From Cetorhinus maximus (lineage: Eukaryota), in NCBI RefSeq assembly GCF_964194155.1, contig NC_135901.1, positions 10,912,001 to 10,976,000 of the forward strand: a DNA stretch of 64,000 nucleotides, in the 5' to 3' direction. Positions 36,633 through 49,714 of the stretch are shown here, piece after piece (within the stretch, counting starts at the first letter, position 1; each line of letters begins with the position of its first letter). The notes below the pieces were generated by a model. The model was not told where the DNA came from and ran no database searches. It saw nothing but the letters and a program-made list of their open reading frames with translations. The position numbers and the translations under genes were made by a program.

Positions 36633-38174
36633 TGTTAACCACATCCAGGACTGAACAATGTTCATTCTGACAGTTGGTGAAGTGGGAGGGTCAGAGGGTT
36701 TCTTTCTGCTGGACTGGCTGGTCTCTCAACTTTGCTTCCAGTGGGCTGATGCTCTTTGAGCCTGGGAGTGCATATTTCCACTGAAATGATCCACAAAAGC
36801 TGATGAAGAAAATTTATTTTATCCAGGATAATAAATCGTGTTTTTCCTACCACGACAGGTAGATCTAAAATATATACATTTGTCTCTGTTCCATGGAGTC
36901 TATAGCACAGGCCAGGCCAGTCAGCACAATTGGTCTATGTCAGTACTTATGCTCCACATGGGCTTCTACCCACCCTCTTCATCTTCTCCATCAGCATATC
37001 CTTCTATTCCTGTCTCCCTCATGTATGTATCTAGCTTCCTCTTCAATGTATTCATGTTATTCAGCTCAACCACTCGCTGCGGTAGTGAGTTCCACTTTCT
37101 CACCACTTGCTGGGTAAGGAGGTTTCTCATGAAATCCCTATTGGATTATTGAACCCCTTCATAATCTTAAGGACTTCCATCAGGTCACCCTTCAGCCTTC
37201 TCTTTTCTAGAGAAAAGTCCCCCAGCCTTTCCTGAGGGTTAAATGCTCTCAGTTCTAGTATTATTCTTGTGAGTTTTTATTGCCCCTTCTCCAGTGCCTC
37301 TATTTCCTTCTTCTAAATGGAAATCACAAATATTGACACTACTCCCAGTGCAGTCTAACATGGTCCTAAACAAGTTGACCTCCCTAGTATCTAGTGAACT
37401 AGCATCTTATACCAGTAGCATAACCTCCCTGCTTCTCAATTCTGTCCCTCTAGAAAGGAACCCTATATATGGGCCAACATTTAAGGAAAGATGTGAAATT
37501 CTTTGAGAGGCTGGAAACAGGATTTACAAGATGACAGACTTCAGTTAGTTGGAGAGACTGGAGCAGCTGAAATTCCTCTCTTTATGTCATAGAATCATTA
37601 AGATAAGGAATGGGACCATTCAGCCAATCAATTGCATGACAGCTGTCCAGAGTAAACTGGTCAGTCCTATTGTCCCATTCCATCCCCACATGCCTGTAGG
37701 TTTATTTCCCACAAGTGCCCACCCAATTTCCTTTCAAAATCACTCCATCATCTCTGCTTCTATCACTCTCATTGGAAGCAGATTCCAGGTCTTTGCCACT
37801 CACTTTAAATGGCTACAAGACTCAGAGAGCAGAGATGGAGCACATTAGGCCCATCGTGCTCATGCTGGCTCTTTGAAAAACTACCCAATTAATTCAGTCG
37901 CCCTGCAGTTTACTTTTGCTTTCAAAAATCTGTCCAGTTCCCTTTTAAAAGATCGAGCTGAATCTGCTTCTCGCAAAGTTTTCAGGGAGTGAATTCTAAA
38001 TCACAACAACTTACTGTTCTAAAACAAATAATTCAGGATATAGTGTGTTTGAAGTTTCACATAGCATTCGAGATGGTATCAAAGACGTGATTATTACACA
38101 AAATTAAGGCTCAATCTTTATCAATGGTTTTGAGGAAGAGATTGAAATATATCCAAGTTTGTGGACAATCAGAA

Positions 38175-38285
38175 AAAAATGCATTTCTGTAGCACCTCTC
38201 AGGACCACAGGACTCCCTAAAGCGTTTTACAGCCAATGCAGCAGTTTTGAAGTGTAGTCAATGGTATAATGTAGGAAACTGTAGG
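38175..38285 (-). mobile_element. 3' tail fragment of a Deu-domain SINE
   Basis: Reverse complement reads TTTCCTACATTATAC...ACTACACTTCAAAA...ATTGGCTGTAAAACGCTTTAGGGAGTCCTG. Confidence 0.55.
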
Positions 38286-38569
38286 CAGGTCTGCGTAATG
38301 AAATTCAGTTTTAAAAATCAATCGCTTTCATAATATATTCACTGTTATAAGTAACAAGGTCAAGGAAGCCATCTTAACCTCTACAAGGATTGTTGCCTTT
38401 TCACATTCTGCAACTTCACTTTATTGACTATATGTTCATTTTGTATTAAAGCCCATCATAAAACATATGATTATTCAGTAATGACCCTTGATTAAGTTAT
38501 CATTAGTCACTCAATGCAAAAGACAATTATATTGTAGTGGCTGGATCTTTATTTTTAAACATTAAGACT

Positions 38570-39272
38570 GGAAAAGGAGACACGTCTAAGCTTTTCATCT
38601 TGCACTCATCAGGACACTTGCAAGAATATCAATATAAGGGTGTAACAACAATTTATACTGTATGTGAAGTGGCATTGCCATGGGGAATGCACCACTGATG
38701 GTGACTGACAGTTAGCTTCCAAGCATTGTTTGAAATTTAAACCAGGCAGCTTGACCCTGATTGGTCAAGACATTGCCCTGAGGAATGAGTCAGCGATTGG
38801 CTGTCACTTATTTTGTTTAGCTGAAACAGACACAATGTACGTACTTGTTCTTTCTGCCTGCAAAGAACAGGGACCTATGTATTAATATATGTAGCTTCCT
38901 GTACATACAAAAGTGCCACATTTCAAGCCCAACTGACAATCTTAAATTGGCTGTCAGCATAATTCTTAGCACATTGAAGGTAGGCCTGTGGTAGACCGTG
39001 GTAGATAACCCCCTGGCAGATTTCTCAACTCGTACGTCAAGGAAAGGGAGTTCATTTGACTGCTCCATTTCAAAGGTGAATTTGAGTACAGGATGGAGCC
39101 TTCATTGGTCAATATACGCATTGGGATTCTTACAGCTGCACACACTATAAGACTGGCCCTATCGACAACCTTGTAAATAGGGCGCATCAAAGGCATCCTG
39201 AGGAATAATGGCCACCCTGATCAAATCGTTTTGTGCTGTATATCATGCAAACTCATGAACGGGCCTAAGGCC
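38570..39272. mobile_element. Penelope-like element pieces: inverted terminal repeat and RT fragments
   Basis: Minus strand MEQSNELPFLDVRVEK; 38575-38960 is the reverse complement of the region at ~22140-22530; plus-strand part 39120-39272 matches 21540-21735. Confidence 0.8.
38582..38617 (-). ncRNA. Minimal type I hammerhead ribozyme motif (family A), catalytic core intact
   Basis: GUGUC CUGAUGA G-UGCAAGA-U GAAA AGCU UA GACGU. Confidence 0.7.
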
Positions 39273-40770
39273 ATATAGGGAAATTGATGTTTATTGATTA
39301 GTCTTAGTTTAGATCACATGATCAAATTATATTGATCAATTAACTTTATGGTATATTATCCTTTTAAACTGTAACCAATAGAGGACGTCAGCATTTAGTA
39401 TCATGTGACTCTGCTTAGCTTCACTTGACAGATAAAGGCACTACAGGACTTTAGACACAATGGAGGTAACATACTAATGAGTTAATTACAGAACAACTGC
39501 TGAAGAGGCCCCTGTTGTATGCATTTCCATTTCACAGAGCCACATTGTGAGAACTTGCCACTTTCAAGGTTGAACGGGCAAGCTTACATCCCCCCACATC
39601 GTAATACCTTATCGAAACCTGGTGTTATCAGCAAAGGAAAGTTAGGAAAGATTTATTGTAGAGAGGAGGGAAAGAATAACAACAGCTGTGTTCTACATTA
39701 AGCTAGTTTTAATTCATAGTGTTTTCGAAGAAAGCAATTACATTTGGCTCAATGTATTCTTTGTATTAATCTTTGTTGTTAATTTTTATAACATTGTGTT
39801 TTGTAACTGTATAATCCTTTTAGACTTTTATCACTCAAGACTATGTAATAACTGAATGTAGAAGGAGACTTTACGACCTTACATTTTAAACACTAATTAT
39901 TGATATGCACTTATATTTTATATGCACTCTTATAACTTTTAAGTATTACCTATTTTGTAATCTTCTGTAATAGGCCTACATAGTTTTAAGCAACTTTTCT
40001 ATTCTATCCTTTGTTTTAAAAGTAGAGTAACAATTACCAACAGCACAAAAAAGAAACACCTAGCAAATGGCCTCGAAAGTCACTGATAAAGGTTTTGATT
40101 TAATAACGAACCTGCACCAATTCAGCAAAGTTTGAGACAACCATCTCAAGGTATCATTCATGAGGCATGACAGCATATTGAACAAATAGCCAAGGAAGAT
40201 ATCATAAAACCTCATTTTATCTTGGTAAGAAGTTATTAAAATAACAGAAACAAACTTTAATGAGGAGGATGATCCTATAAGTAACTGGAATTTTAAGGAA
40301 CCAGTCTGGGGATACTGGTAGGTGACATCAATCGATGACAATCACCCTTGGGAACCAATCACAGATTGATCACACACCCCTTGAGCCACTTAGAAAATAG
40401 CCTCGCCTTGTTTAGGCCAATCAGAATGCAATATCATTGATCATACTGTGGATTGTGACTTGTAATGAGTTAATAAGCAGCAGCTTTCACCAAGCCGCAC
40501 TGAATTTGAAACTGAAAACTGCTTGTTGGCTGAAAGCAGAAAACCAGAAGGCTCCAGAGAGAGAAAGAAGACCAAGTGTCGACCTGCATCCAAAGCTGAA
40601 CCGGGAAGCAAGAACCGTAGTACGCCTGTAAAGTCACTGCCCTGCTGTGATAAGTATGAACTTAGAACTTATTAAAGTTTCCTGAATCACTTGTTTCCTA
40701 TTGCCTGAATGGTTAAAGTCTCAAATGAACAAAATTGGAATTTAAGTTCAAATGGTACTGAGAACTTTCT

Positions 40771-41390
40771 GCTGTCACTTTCGACCCTGAAAAGTGCCCA
40801 GTCTACCTCAGGAAGGGCAAGGTATCTGAAAAATGTATGCAACAGATGAAGCTAGCAGTTTCATGCTGCTACTATGTAGCAGCAACATGAATGGTAGTCA
40901 CCACTAACAGAATGCTGCCATCAAGCCAAAAAGACATTTTACCTATCACACAAATGAGTAATGTGGTATATAAATTTCAGTGCCAGTGTGATGCTGGGTA
41001 TGTAGGCTGTACATCCCAAAGACTGGCAGATCTTATCAAACTGCATGTCCCAGCCGCTGTTCACAACGGGCAGGGTACAGACTGTAGACAACCAGCCCGT
41101 GCTTGCAAAACTCAAAACACAGTGGCCAACATTAGATGTGATTCTACAATTGGACATTTGCTAAGTAACTCTCAATGAACTTAGAATTACACTCACAACC
41201 AATTTAAGATTGCCAGTCAGGCTTGCAATGTGGTGCATTGCGTCTACTGGAAGCTACATATATTAATACACAAGGCCCTGTTCTTTGCAGACAGAAAGAA
41301 CATGTACAAAGATTGTGTCTATTTCAATTGAACAGAATAAGTGACAGCCATTTGCTGACTCATTCCTCAGGGCAATGTCTTGACCAATCT
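40771..41390 (+). mobile_element. Penelope-like GIY-YIG endonuclease region (continuation of 39120-39272)
   Basis: ORF 40891-41178: SNVVYKFQCQCDAGYVGCTSQRLADLIKLH...STIGHLL; LRLLEATYI. Confidence 0.88.
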
Positions 41391-41394
41391 GACC

Positions 41395-42880
41395 CCATCC
41401 AATGACTTACTATTCCCTACTCTGATTCTATCAAACTCCCTAAGTATTCTATTTACCTCGGTGCTACTCTCTGATGTATCCCCCTTATCAGTTAATACTT
41501 CACTACTTCCCACTGGCAGTTTTTCTGCTCTCCAATCTGATTTTTCCTTCAGGTTCCTACCCCTCTCCCAATCTAGTTTAAACCCTCCCCAACAGCACTA
41601 GCAAACCTCCCAACAAAGACATTAGTCCCAGTCCTGTTAAGGTATAACCCGTCCTTCTTGTACAGATCCCACCTGCCACAGAACCAATCCTAATGCCTCA
41701 GAAATCTAAAGTCCTCCCTCCTACTCCATTTCTCCAGCCAAATGTTGAACAGCTCAATATTTCTATTGTTATGTTTACGAGCACATGGCACTGGGAGTAA
41801 TCCTGGGATTACTACTCTTGAGGTCCTGCTCTTTAATTCCCTCCCTAACTCCCTAAAATCTGCTTTCAGGACCTCATTCCTTTTCCTACCTATGTCATTG
41901 GTCCCAATGTGCATCATGACCTCTGGCTGTTCACCCTCTGCCAAAAGAATGTCCTGCAGCCACTCTGTGACATCCTTGACCCTGGCACCAGGGAGGCAAC
42001 ATACCATCCTGGAGTCAGGTCTATAGCTGTAGAAACAACTGTCTGCTCCCCTAACTATGGAATCCCCTACCACTATACCTTTTCCACACTTTCTGCTCTC
42101 TCTTGTGCAGCTGAGCCACAATCTTGGCTCTTGTTACAGTCCTCTGAGGGACCATCTTGCTCAGCAGTATCCAAAATAGAAAAGCGGTTAGAGAGCAAGA
42201 TAACCTCAGGGGATTTCTGCACTTCCTGCCTGTTTCTCTCAGGTACGATGGAGATCACCCATTCCCTCTCTGCCTGTGTACTTCTTAGCTGTGGTGTGAC
42301 CACCTTTCTTAACGTGCTATCCACATAATCCTCAGCCTTGTGGATGCACCACAGACTCCAGCCGCTGCTCAAGTTCCGCAACCTGCAGCTCAAGTTTCTC
42401 CAGCTGGTGATACTTCCTACAGATATAGTCATCGATGGCACTTTGTGCCTGCACAAGTTACCACATCTTGCAGGATGCACATTCCACATGGCCAAGCTGC
42501 ACTCCCATATCTTAAACTTTATATAAACTGTTTACTACAGTATGGTACAATATAATAACCAACCTGTCACTTACCAATTGTCTCTCTTCTCTGTGGTGAG
42601 TCCGGAAAGGCCTATACTTACCAACTAATCAACTTATGGGACTCCTGTCATGTCACTTTTGATTTTCTCTGTAAACTCCTGGCTCTCCCTCTCTCTGCCT
42701 TTTTGGGCTCTCTCTTTCTCACTGAACTCCTGCTGCTTTACAGGCTTCCACTGTAGCAAAGTAAGAGTCAGCTACTGCAGGCAGAGAAAAGATAGAAAAT
42801 GAAAGGATCACCTCCTTCCCTCTTCACTGAACTCCCTCAACTCACCAAACACCAACTTAAGCCCTCTAATGCAGCCCAAA
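41395..42880 (-). mobile_element. CR1 5' region: ORF1 with Cys-rich/coiled-coil N-terminus and SGNH esterase domain
   Basis: IVVGDSIVRG...CCLPGARVKDV...HIGTNDIG (SGNH blocks I-III); upstream ECASCKMW...CRKYHQLEKLELQVAELEQRLE. Confidence 0.88.
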
Positions 42881-43074
42881 GCAGAACGGCAGATCAACCG
42901 ATTCCACCTCCTGAGAGATACTGTAACCGGAGTAATTTTGTCAGTTTTGTTGGCTGTCAATGTAACTATTGTGACTTGACTGTCTATTGTAACAACTGTG
43001 ATTGGGCCATAGATGGAACTAACAGACGTTAGTAAGCTAACAGGTCAAGAAGCCATTTTGAACTAATCCAGGAG

Positions 43075-45088
43075 ACATGGATGACCAGAGATGTTCAGGT
43101 TATGATGAGAAGGAAAAGAGAGGCTTTTAGCAGGTACAAGGGAAGCAAATCAGCAGAGGCATTAGTGGCGTACAGACAGTGCAGGGTGGAGCTTAAGAAG
43201 GCAATTAGGAGAGCAAAGAGGGGATATGAGAAACCTCTGGCTGGTAAAAGTAGGGAAAATCCCAAGATATTCTATAAGTATATCAATGGGATGAGGATAA
43301 CCAGGGAAAGAGTAGGCCCCGTTAGGGACAAAGGAGGCAATCTATGGGTGGAGCCAGAGGACATCGCTCGAGTGTTGAATGAATACTTCATATCCGTCTT
43401 CACCCAAGAGAGTGAGGATGAAGGTTATTGAACTCGGGGAGAGAGACTGCAAGGTTCTTAAGCAAATTGATATGGGGAGTGACAAGGTATTGGAGGTGTT
43501 GGCAGGCTTAAAAGTGAACAAATCTTCAGGTCCGGATGATTTGTGTCCCAGACTGCTGAGGGAGGCAAGGGAGGAGATCGCAGGGGCTCTGACCCAAATT
43601 TTTAATTCCTCTCTGGCCAAGGGGGAGGTGCCAGAGGACTGGAGAAGAGCTAATGTGGTTCTACTATTTAAGAAGTGTTGTAGAGGTAAGCCAGGGAACT
43701 ACAGGCCAGTGAGTCTCACGTCAGGGAAACTATTGGAGAAATTTCTGAAGGAGAGTATCTATCTCCACTTGGAGAGGCAAGGTTTGATCAGGGATAGTCA
43801 GCATGGATTTGTCAGAGGGAGGTCATGCCTAACAAATTTGATTGAATTTTTTGAGGAGGTGACCAGGTGTGTCGATGAGGGTAGTGCAGTTGATGTAGTT
43901 TATATGGATTTCAGCAAAGCCTTTGACAAGGTCCCACATGGGAGACTTAGAAAGAAGGCAAATGTACATGGGATACAGGGTGATTTGATGAGGTGGATTC
44001 AAAATTGGCTTAGTTGTAGGAGGCAGAGGGTGATGACAGGATGCTTTAGTGACTGGAAGCCAGTGTCCAGTGGCGTACCACAGGGATCTGGGGATCTGTG
44101 CTCGGTCCCCTGTTATTTGTCATTTATATAAATGACATAGATGATGATGCGGGGGGGTAGGATTAGTTAGTTTGCGGATGACACAAAGATTGGCTGGGTG
44201 GTTAACAGTGAGGTTGAGTGTCTTGGGCTACAGGAAGATATAGACGGGATGGTCAAATGGGCCGATAAGTGGCAGATGGAATTTAACCCTGAAAAGTGTG
44301 AGGTGATACACTTTGGAAGGAGTAATTTGACAAGGAAGTATTCAATGAATGGCACGGCACTAGGAAGTTCTGAGGAACAAAGGGACCTTGGCGTGTGTGT
44401 CCATAGATCTCTGAAGGTGGAGGGGCATGTTAGTGGGGTGGTGAAAAAGGCATAAGGGACATTTGCCTTTATCAATCGAGGCATAGTTTACAAAAGTAGG
44501 GAAGTCATGTTGGAGTGGTATAGAACCTTGGTGAGGCCACAACTGGAGTACTGTGTGCAGTTCTGGTCGCCACATTATAGGAAGGATGTGATTGCACTGG
44601 AGGGGGTGCAGAGGAGATTCACCAGGATGTTGCCTGGGATGATATTCACGTTATGAAGAGAGGTTGGATAGACTTGGGTTGTTTTCATTGGAGTAGAGAA
44701 GACTGAGGGGCGACCTGATCAAGGTGTACAAGATTATGAGGGGCACGGACAGGGTGGATAGGGAGCAGCTGTTCCCCTTAGTTGAAGGGTCAATCACAAG
44801 GGGGCATAAGTTCAAGGTGAGGGGCAGGAGGTTTAGGGGGGATGTGAGGAAAAACCTTTTTACCCAGAGGGTGGTGACGGTCTGGAATGCGCTGCCTGGG
44901 AGGGTGGTGGAGGCAGGTTGCCTCACATCCTTTAAAAAGTACCTGGATGAGCACTTGGCACGTCATAACATTCAAGGCTATGGGCCAAGTGCTGGTAAAT
45001 GGGATTAGGTAGGTAGGTCAGGTGTTTCTCATGTGTCGGTGCAGACATGATGGGCCGAAGGGCCTCTTCTGCACTGTGATTCTGTGAT
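43075..45088 (+). mobile_element. CR1 LINE, 2 kb 3' part of ORF2, relatively well preserved
   Basis: ORFs 43081-43431, 43379-44131 (KSSGPD, NYRPVSLTS, QHGF, DFSKAFDKV, SGVPQGS), FADD; tail CTGTGATTCTGTGAT. Confidence 0.95.
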
Positions 45089-45949
45089 AGTAATATAAAC
45101 CAGTTACTGCATGAATGGAAACCGGCCAGGAATGATTGAACAAAGTAGTGAGACTCAACTGTGAGACAGTTGAAGGATAAGCAATTAATCAATAGATGTA
45201 TTGGTAAAGACTGGACATATAACCTGGGACAGAAAGTCTGTAATGCTTACACATAATTTTAAATGTACTAAATGTACATTATAAGACAGTGCATTGTAAA
45301 ATGATCTTTCACAGACCAATCTAAAAAGATGAGTTGTGCTAAGTCGAAGTCTTTATGTCCTTGGGGAGTAACATAAAGATGGGTAAAGAATAAGGCATTA
45401 TTCAAGAATTATTAAAAATCAGATACTGAAATATAGGGAGTAGCCCCATTTTATTACTGTGTGGAAAGATGCTCACATATGTGAGAAACAAATTATAAAT
45501 AAGCAGACAGTTAATTATTGTTTGACAGTTAGGCTAATTTGAGATAAGAAAATATGAGTTACGGGGATCAAATGAAGGTGTGGAGAAGCCATTTTGCTGG
45601 CATGTTATCCACGCACTGAGTGTTTGAGACGGGATTCTGAAAGATCGACTGTCGACGGCCAAGCAGAGGGTTAGCATCACTTCACACCTTCAGCTTGATC
45701 ACCCGAGGAAGGTGTGAGAAGTCTGCTTAGTTGTTAAGATTTTTCCTTTTACTGTTAATTGAAACTTAGTTTTCTAATTTTTTAACTTGTTACCTTTCTA
45801 CCTTTTAATTGTTAATAAATCTTTTAAATTTACCATCTGAAGTATTCAGTCTTCTCCGATGATTGAGTCTAGTGTGAACCAAATGATTTATTAGATAATA
45901 CACAATTGGGGACATCAGGTCAAATGAGTTGTACCCCATAAATTAATTG

Positions 45950-46780
45950 TAATGCCCTTTACACCATGAGCTCTAATTTTGTGCAGTAACCTTTGATGTG
46001 GCACTTTGTCAAATGCCTTCTGGAAATCGAAGTACAGCACATCCACAGGTTCCCCTTACCTTGTTGCTTGTTACTTCCCCAAAGAACACTTATAAATCAG
46101 TCAGGCATGATTTCTGTTTCACAAAACCATGTTGACGCTGCCTGATTACATTGAGACTTTTTAAGTGCCCATTAGAACCTCCTGAATAATAGATTCTAGG
46201 ATTTTGCCAATGACAGATGTTAAACTAACTAGCCTATAGTTTCCTGCTTTCTGTCTCCCTCCTTGAATAGAAGAGTCACATTCACTATTTTCCAATCTGA
46301 TGAGATCTTTCCAGAATCTAGGGAATTTTGGAAAATTAAAACCAATGCATCTACTATTTCAGCAGCCACTTCTTTTTAGACCTTAGGATGAAGTCCATCA
46401 GGACCAAGGGACTTGTCAGTTTTTAGTTCTAATAATATTCTCGGTCCCCTTTCCCTGGTGCCTGTTATAAGTTCCCTGTAATTGTTTTAAGTTCCTCTCT
46501 CTCTTTCACCTCCTGATTCACAATCATTTCTGGCAGGTTATTTGTATTCTTTGCAGTGAAGACAGGTGCTAAAATTTGTTGTGTTTGTCCGCCATTTCCT
46601 TATTTTCCATTATTAATTCCCCAGACTCACTCTCTAGAGGACCAATGCTCACTTTACTGATTCTTTTCCTTTTTAAATACTTGTCGAAACTCCACCTGTT
46701 TTTATATTTCTAGCTAGCTTTCTCTTGTAGTCTAATTTCTCCCTCTTTATTAATCTTTTAGTCATTATTTGCTGTTCCTT
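45950..46780 (-). mobile_element. CR1 ORF2 internal fragment
   Basis: Minus strand KSLGPDGLHPKVLK, NYRLVSLTS, QHGFVKQKSCLT, DFQKAFDKVPH. Confidence 0.8.
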
Positions 46781-47004
46781 TTATTCTTTATACGGTATTA
46801 TAAAAACTGCAGCATTCCAATTGTTGTTGACGGTTCCCGTGTGTTCGGCTCTCAGCTGCAGGCAGCGCCTGGTTCAGTTTTACCCAACACATCTATGTCT
46901 GTGATGTCGCATTCATCTCACATTTATAAAGCTACTTTCACGCAGTGAGAAACATCCCAAAGGGCTTCACAGGAGTGATGACCCTGAGCCACATAAGGAG
47001 ATGT

Positions 47005-47228
47005 GAGGATGTTAAACTGAGGGTCCTGTCTGCTCTCTCAGGCGGATGTGAAAGATCCCATGGCTGCTATTTTTAAGGAGAGCAGGGGCGCACTCCATGG
47101 TGAGGGCAATATTTCACCCTCAACCAATCTGACTAAAAACAGGTCATCCCTGGTCATGATCACATTGCTGTTGTGGAGGTTTGCTGCGCACAGAGATGTC
47201 CTGAGATTGTGAAAGGCACTTTACAATT
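47005..47228 (+). mobile_element. Deu-domain SINE fragment (SacSINE1/AmnSINE1-like)
   Basis: GATGTTAAACTGAGGGTCCTGTCTGCTCTCTCAGGCGGATGTGAAAGATCCCATGGC...AGAGCAGGGG...GCAATATTT.CCCTCAACCAA resembles the Deu domain as I recall it. Confidence 0.7.
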
Positions 47229-47339
47229 CTGTCAACTCCAGCCCGGATAATGTGATTAGCAACAACACTTACCCAATATCATAATTAACAAGGTTCACTC
47301 CTGAATCTAATTAACAGCAGCAGAATTTGAACAGTGCAG

Positions 47340-48377
47340 TCACGTGTGAATTCGCTGGTGTGTCAGCAGGTTAGAAGATCGATTAAATCTCTTCCCACAC
47401 ACGGAGCAGGTGAAGGGCCTCTCCCCAGTGTGAACTCGCTGGTGAGTCAGCAGGTTGGATGAATGAGTAAATCCCTTCCCACACACGGGACAGGTGAAGG
47501 GCCTCTCCCCAGTGTGAACTCGCTGGTGTCTCAGCAGGTTGGATGATCGATTAAATCCCTTCCCACACACGGAACAGGTGAATGGCCTCTCACCAGTGTG
47601 AACTCGCTGGTGTGTGAGCAAGTGGGATGGTCGTGTGAATCCCTTTCCACATTCAGAGCAGGTGAAGGGCCTCTCCCCAGTGTGAACTAGCTGGTGTGTC
47701 AGCAGGTTGGATGACTGGGTGAATCCCTTCCCACATTTGGAGCAGGTGAACGGCCTTTCCCCAGTGTGAACTCGTTCATGTACAGTAAGTTCAGATGATC
47801 GTCTGAACCCAGTCGCACAGTGAGAGCACCTGAACGGTCTCTCATCAGTGTGAATGCGTTGATGATATTGCAGATCCCCAGAACCTTTGAAGCACTTTCC
47901 ACAGTCTGGACATTTAAAAGGTCTCTCGTCAGTGTGAACCCGTTGATGTGTCAGAAGGTGGGGCGATGTCCTGAACCTCTTCCCACACTGTGAGCAGCTG
48001 AACGGTGCATACCCGGTGTGAATGCGCTGGTGCTCCCTCAGTCCATGTGGGTTTTTAAAGCTCTTTTCACAGTCAGGGCATTTAAACTCTCTCTTTTCAG
48101 CGTGGACTTGCTGGTGTTTCAGCAGGTGGGATGAGAGAGTGAATCCTTTTCCACACACGGAGCAGGTGAACGGCCTCTCCCCAGTGTGAAGTCGCTGGTG
48201 TCTCTGAAGGCAGACTAACTGAATGAATCCCTTCCCACACATGGAGCAGCTAAATGGCCTCTCCCCGGTGTGACTGCGTCGATGAGTTTCCAGATCAGAC
48301 GGGGATCTGAATCCCTTCCCACAGTCCCCACATTTCCACGGTTTATCCCTGGTGTGAACGGTACTTTTTGCTTCCAT
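47340..48377 (-). CDS. Tandem C2H2 zinc-finger protein, 12 intact fingers (345 aa from MEAKSTVH)
   Basis: Open frame 47340-48593; acceptor TTTTGTAG at 48481; shares a [13 protein letters not shown] finger pair and upstream intron with the 8047 gene. Confidence 0.93.
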   Translation of the reverse strand: MEAKSTVHTRDKPWKCGDCGKGFRSPSDLETHRRSHTGERPFSCSMCGKGFIQLVCLQRHQRLHTGERPFTCSVCGKGFTLSSHLLKHQQVHAEKREFKCPDCEKSFKNPHGLREHQRIHTGYAPFSCSQCGKRFRTSPHLLTHQRVHTDERPFKCPDCGKCFKGSGDLQYHQRIHTDERPFRCSHCATGFRRSSELTVHERVHTGERPFTCSKCGKGFTQSSNLLTHQLVHTGERPFTCSECGKGFTRPSHLLTHQRVHTGERPFTCSVCGKGFNRSSNLLRHQRVHTGERPFTCPVCGKGFTHSSNLLTHQRVHTGERPFTCSVCGKRFNRSSNLLTHQRIHT

Positions 48378-48859
48378 GTTCAAAGGATGATAATATTCAG
48401 GTCCTGATGAATCAAGTGACTCTGGCTGATTTTGATGTGATAGTGGTTTGACTTTCCAAACTGAAAATCCTTCTAATACTCTACAAAATGAATTTAAAAC
48501 ATAAACAAGGAACTGTGAAACAGAACCGACAAAAACACAAGGACAGGCTGTGACATTGAGGTGAATGAATCTGGTAATTTGTGGGACCAGCACGTGGAAA
48601 ATGTGACCATGGAAGCTACCAGATTGTCATAAAAACCCAGCTGGTTCACTAATGTCCTTAAGGGAAGGGAACCTGCCTCCCAGTCTGGACCTACACAAGA
48701 TTCTGGCCTCTACGGGAGAAGAGAGAGTGAGAGGTGGAGGAGGGGAAAAGGAGACGGATTTCATAGATCTGCAATTCAACCAGAATTTGGAAATTCCAAA
48801 CCCATGGCCCCCACCACCTGGAAATACAAGAGCAGCTGGTGCATGGAGAAAACCATCGG

Positions 48860-49040
48860 CTTTAAGACGCACAGCATAGAGTTCACACTGGGGAGAGGCC
48901 AGACATCTGCTCCACATGTGAGAAGGGGTTTAATCCATCATCCATCCAGCTGACACACCAGCGAGTTCAGCAATGACTCCGGGGGTTGGATTCTGCTGTT
49001 CATCACATCCAGGACTGAACCATGTTCATTCTGATAGTGT
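48860..49040 (+). pseudogene. ZNF 3' fragment (one decayed finger plus family 3'UTR), antisense in the putative intron of the 47340 gene
   Basis: GAGTTCACACTGGGGAGAGGCC...ACACACCAGCGAGTTCA, then GGATTCTGCTG...CAGGACTGAACCATGTTCATTCTG. Confidence 0.75.
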
Positions 49041-49144
49041 GGGTTTGTTTCTGCTGATGTTAATAATCTCTGTAACCGGACTGGTGATTTAATATTCTGG
49101 AAATTGCCTTGTTTTACTTTGTAACCCTTACTCTTCAAATGAAG

Positions 49145-49490
49145 CATCTTTCTTCAGCCTACAACAAACAGTAATTTACTTGTAATTTTTTCCATTTAGT
49201 TTCTTTATTCAGTGCTCACCATATGGTCTGCTCTACGTTGGGAAGATCAAACACAGATTGGGTGATCACTTTGTGGAACAACCTCTGTTCAGTCTGTGAG
49301 CTTGACCATGAGCTTCTGGTCACTTGTCATTTTAATTCCCTGCTCCACTCCCACTCTGACCTCTCTGTCCTTGCCCCCCCCTGATCTGTTCCAATGAAGC
49401 TCAATGGGAGCTTGAGGAAAAGCAGCTCATCTTTCGATTCAACACTTTACAACCTTCCAGAACTCAACATCGAGTTCAGCAGTTTCTGCA
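49145..49490 (+). mobile_element. Penelope-like GIY-YIG fragment
   Basis: FIQCSPYGLLYVGKIKHRLGDHFVEQ and ...PELNIEFSSF C-terminus. Confidence 0.75.
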
Positions 49491-49714
49491 CCAACAGGGA
49501 GTTGTCAGGATCAGGAACTCTTGACCTGAAAAGGTGCTGGAACCTGATTCTACAGGGAATTTTAAAAGGAAATTGACAGGGACTTGAGAATGAGGAACTT
49601 ACTGATTACAAACAGAATGCATGTGTGTGGGTCTAAACATGACTGCTCTTTCAAAGAGACAGCAGAAGCACAAAGGGTTGAATGGCCTTTCTGTGCCGTA
49701 AGTTTCTATGATTC

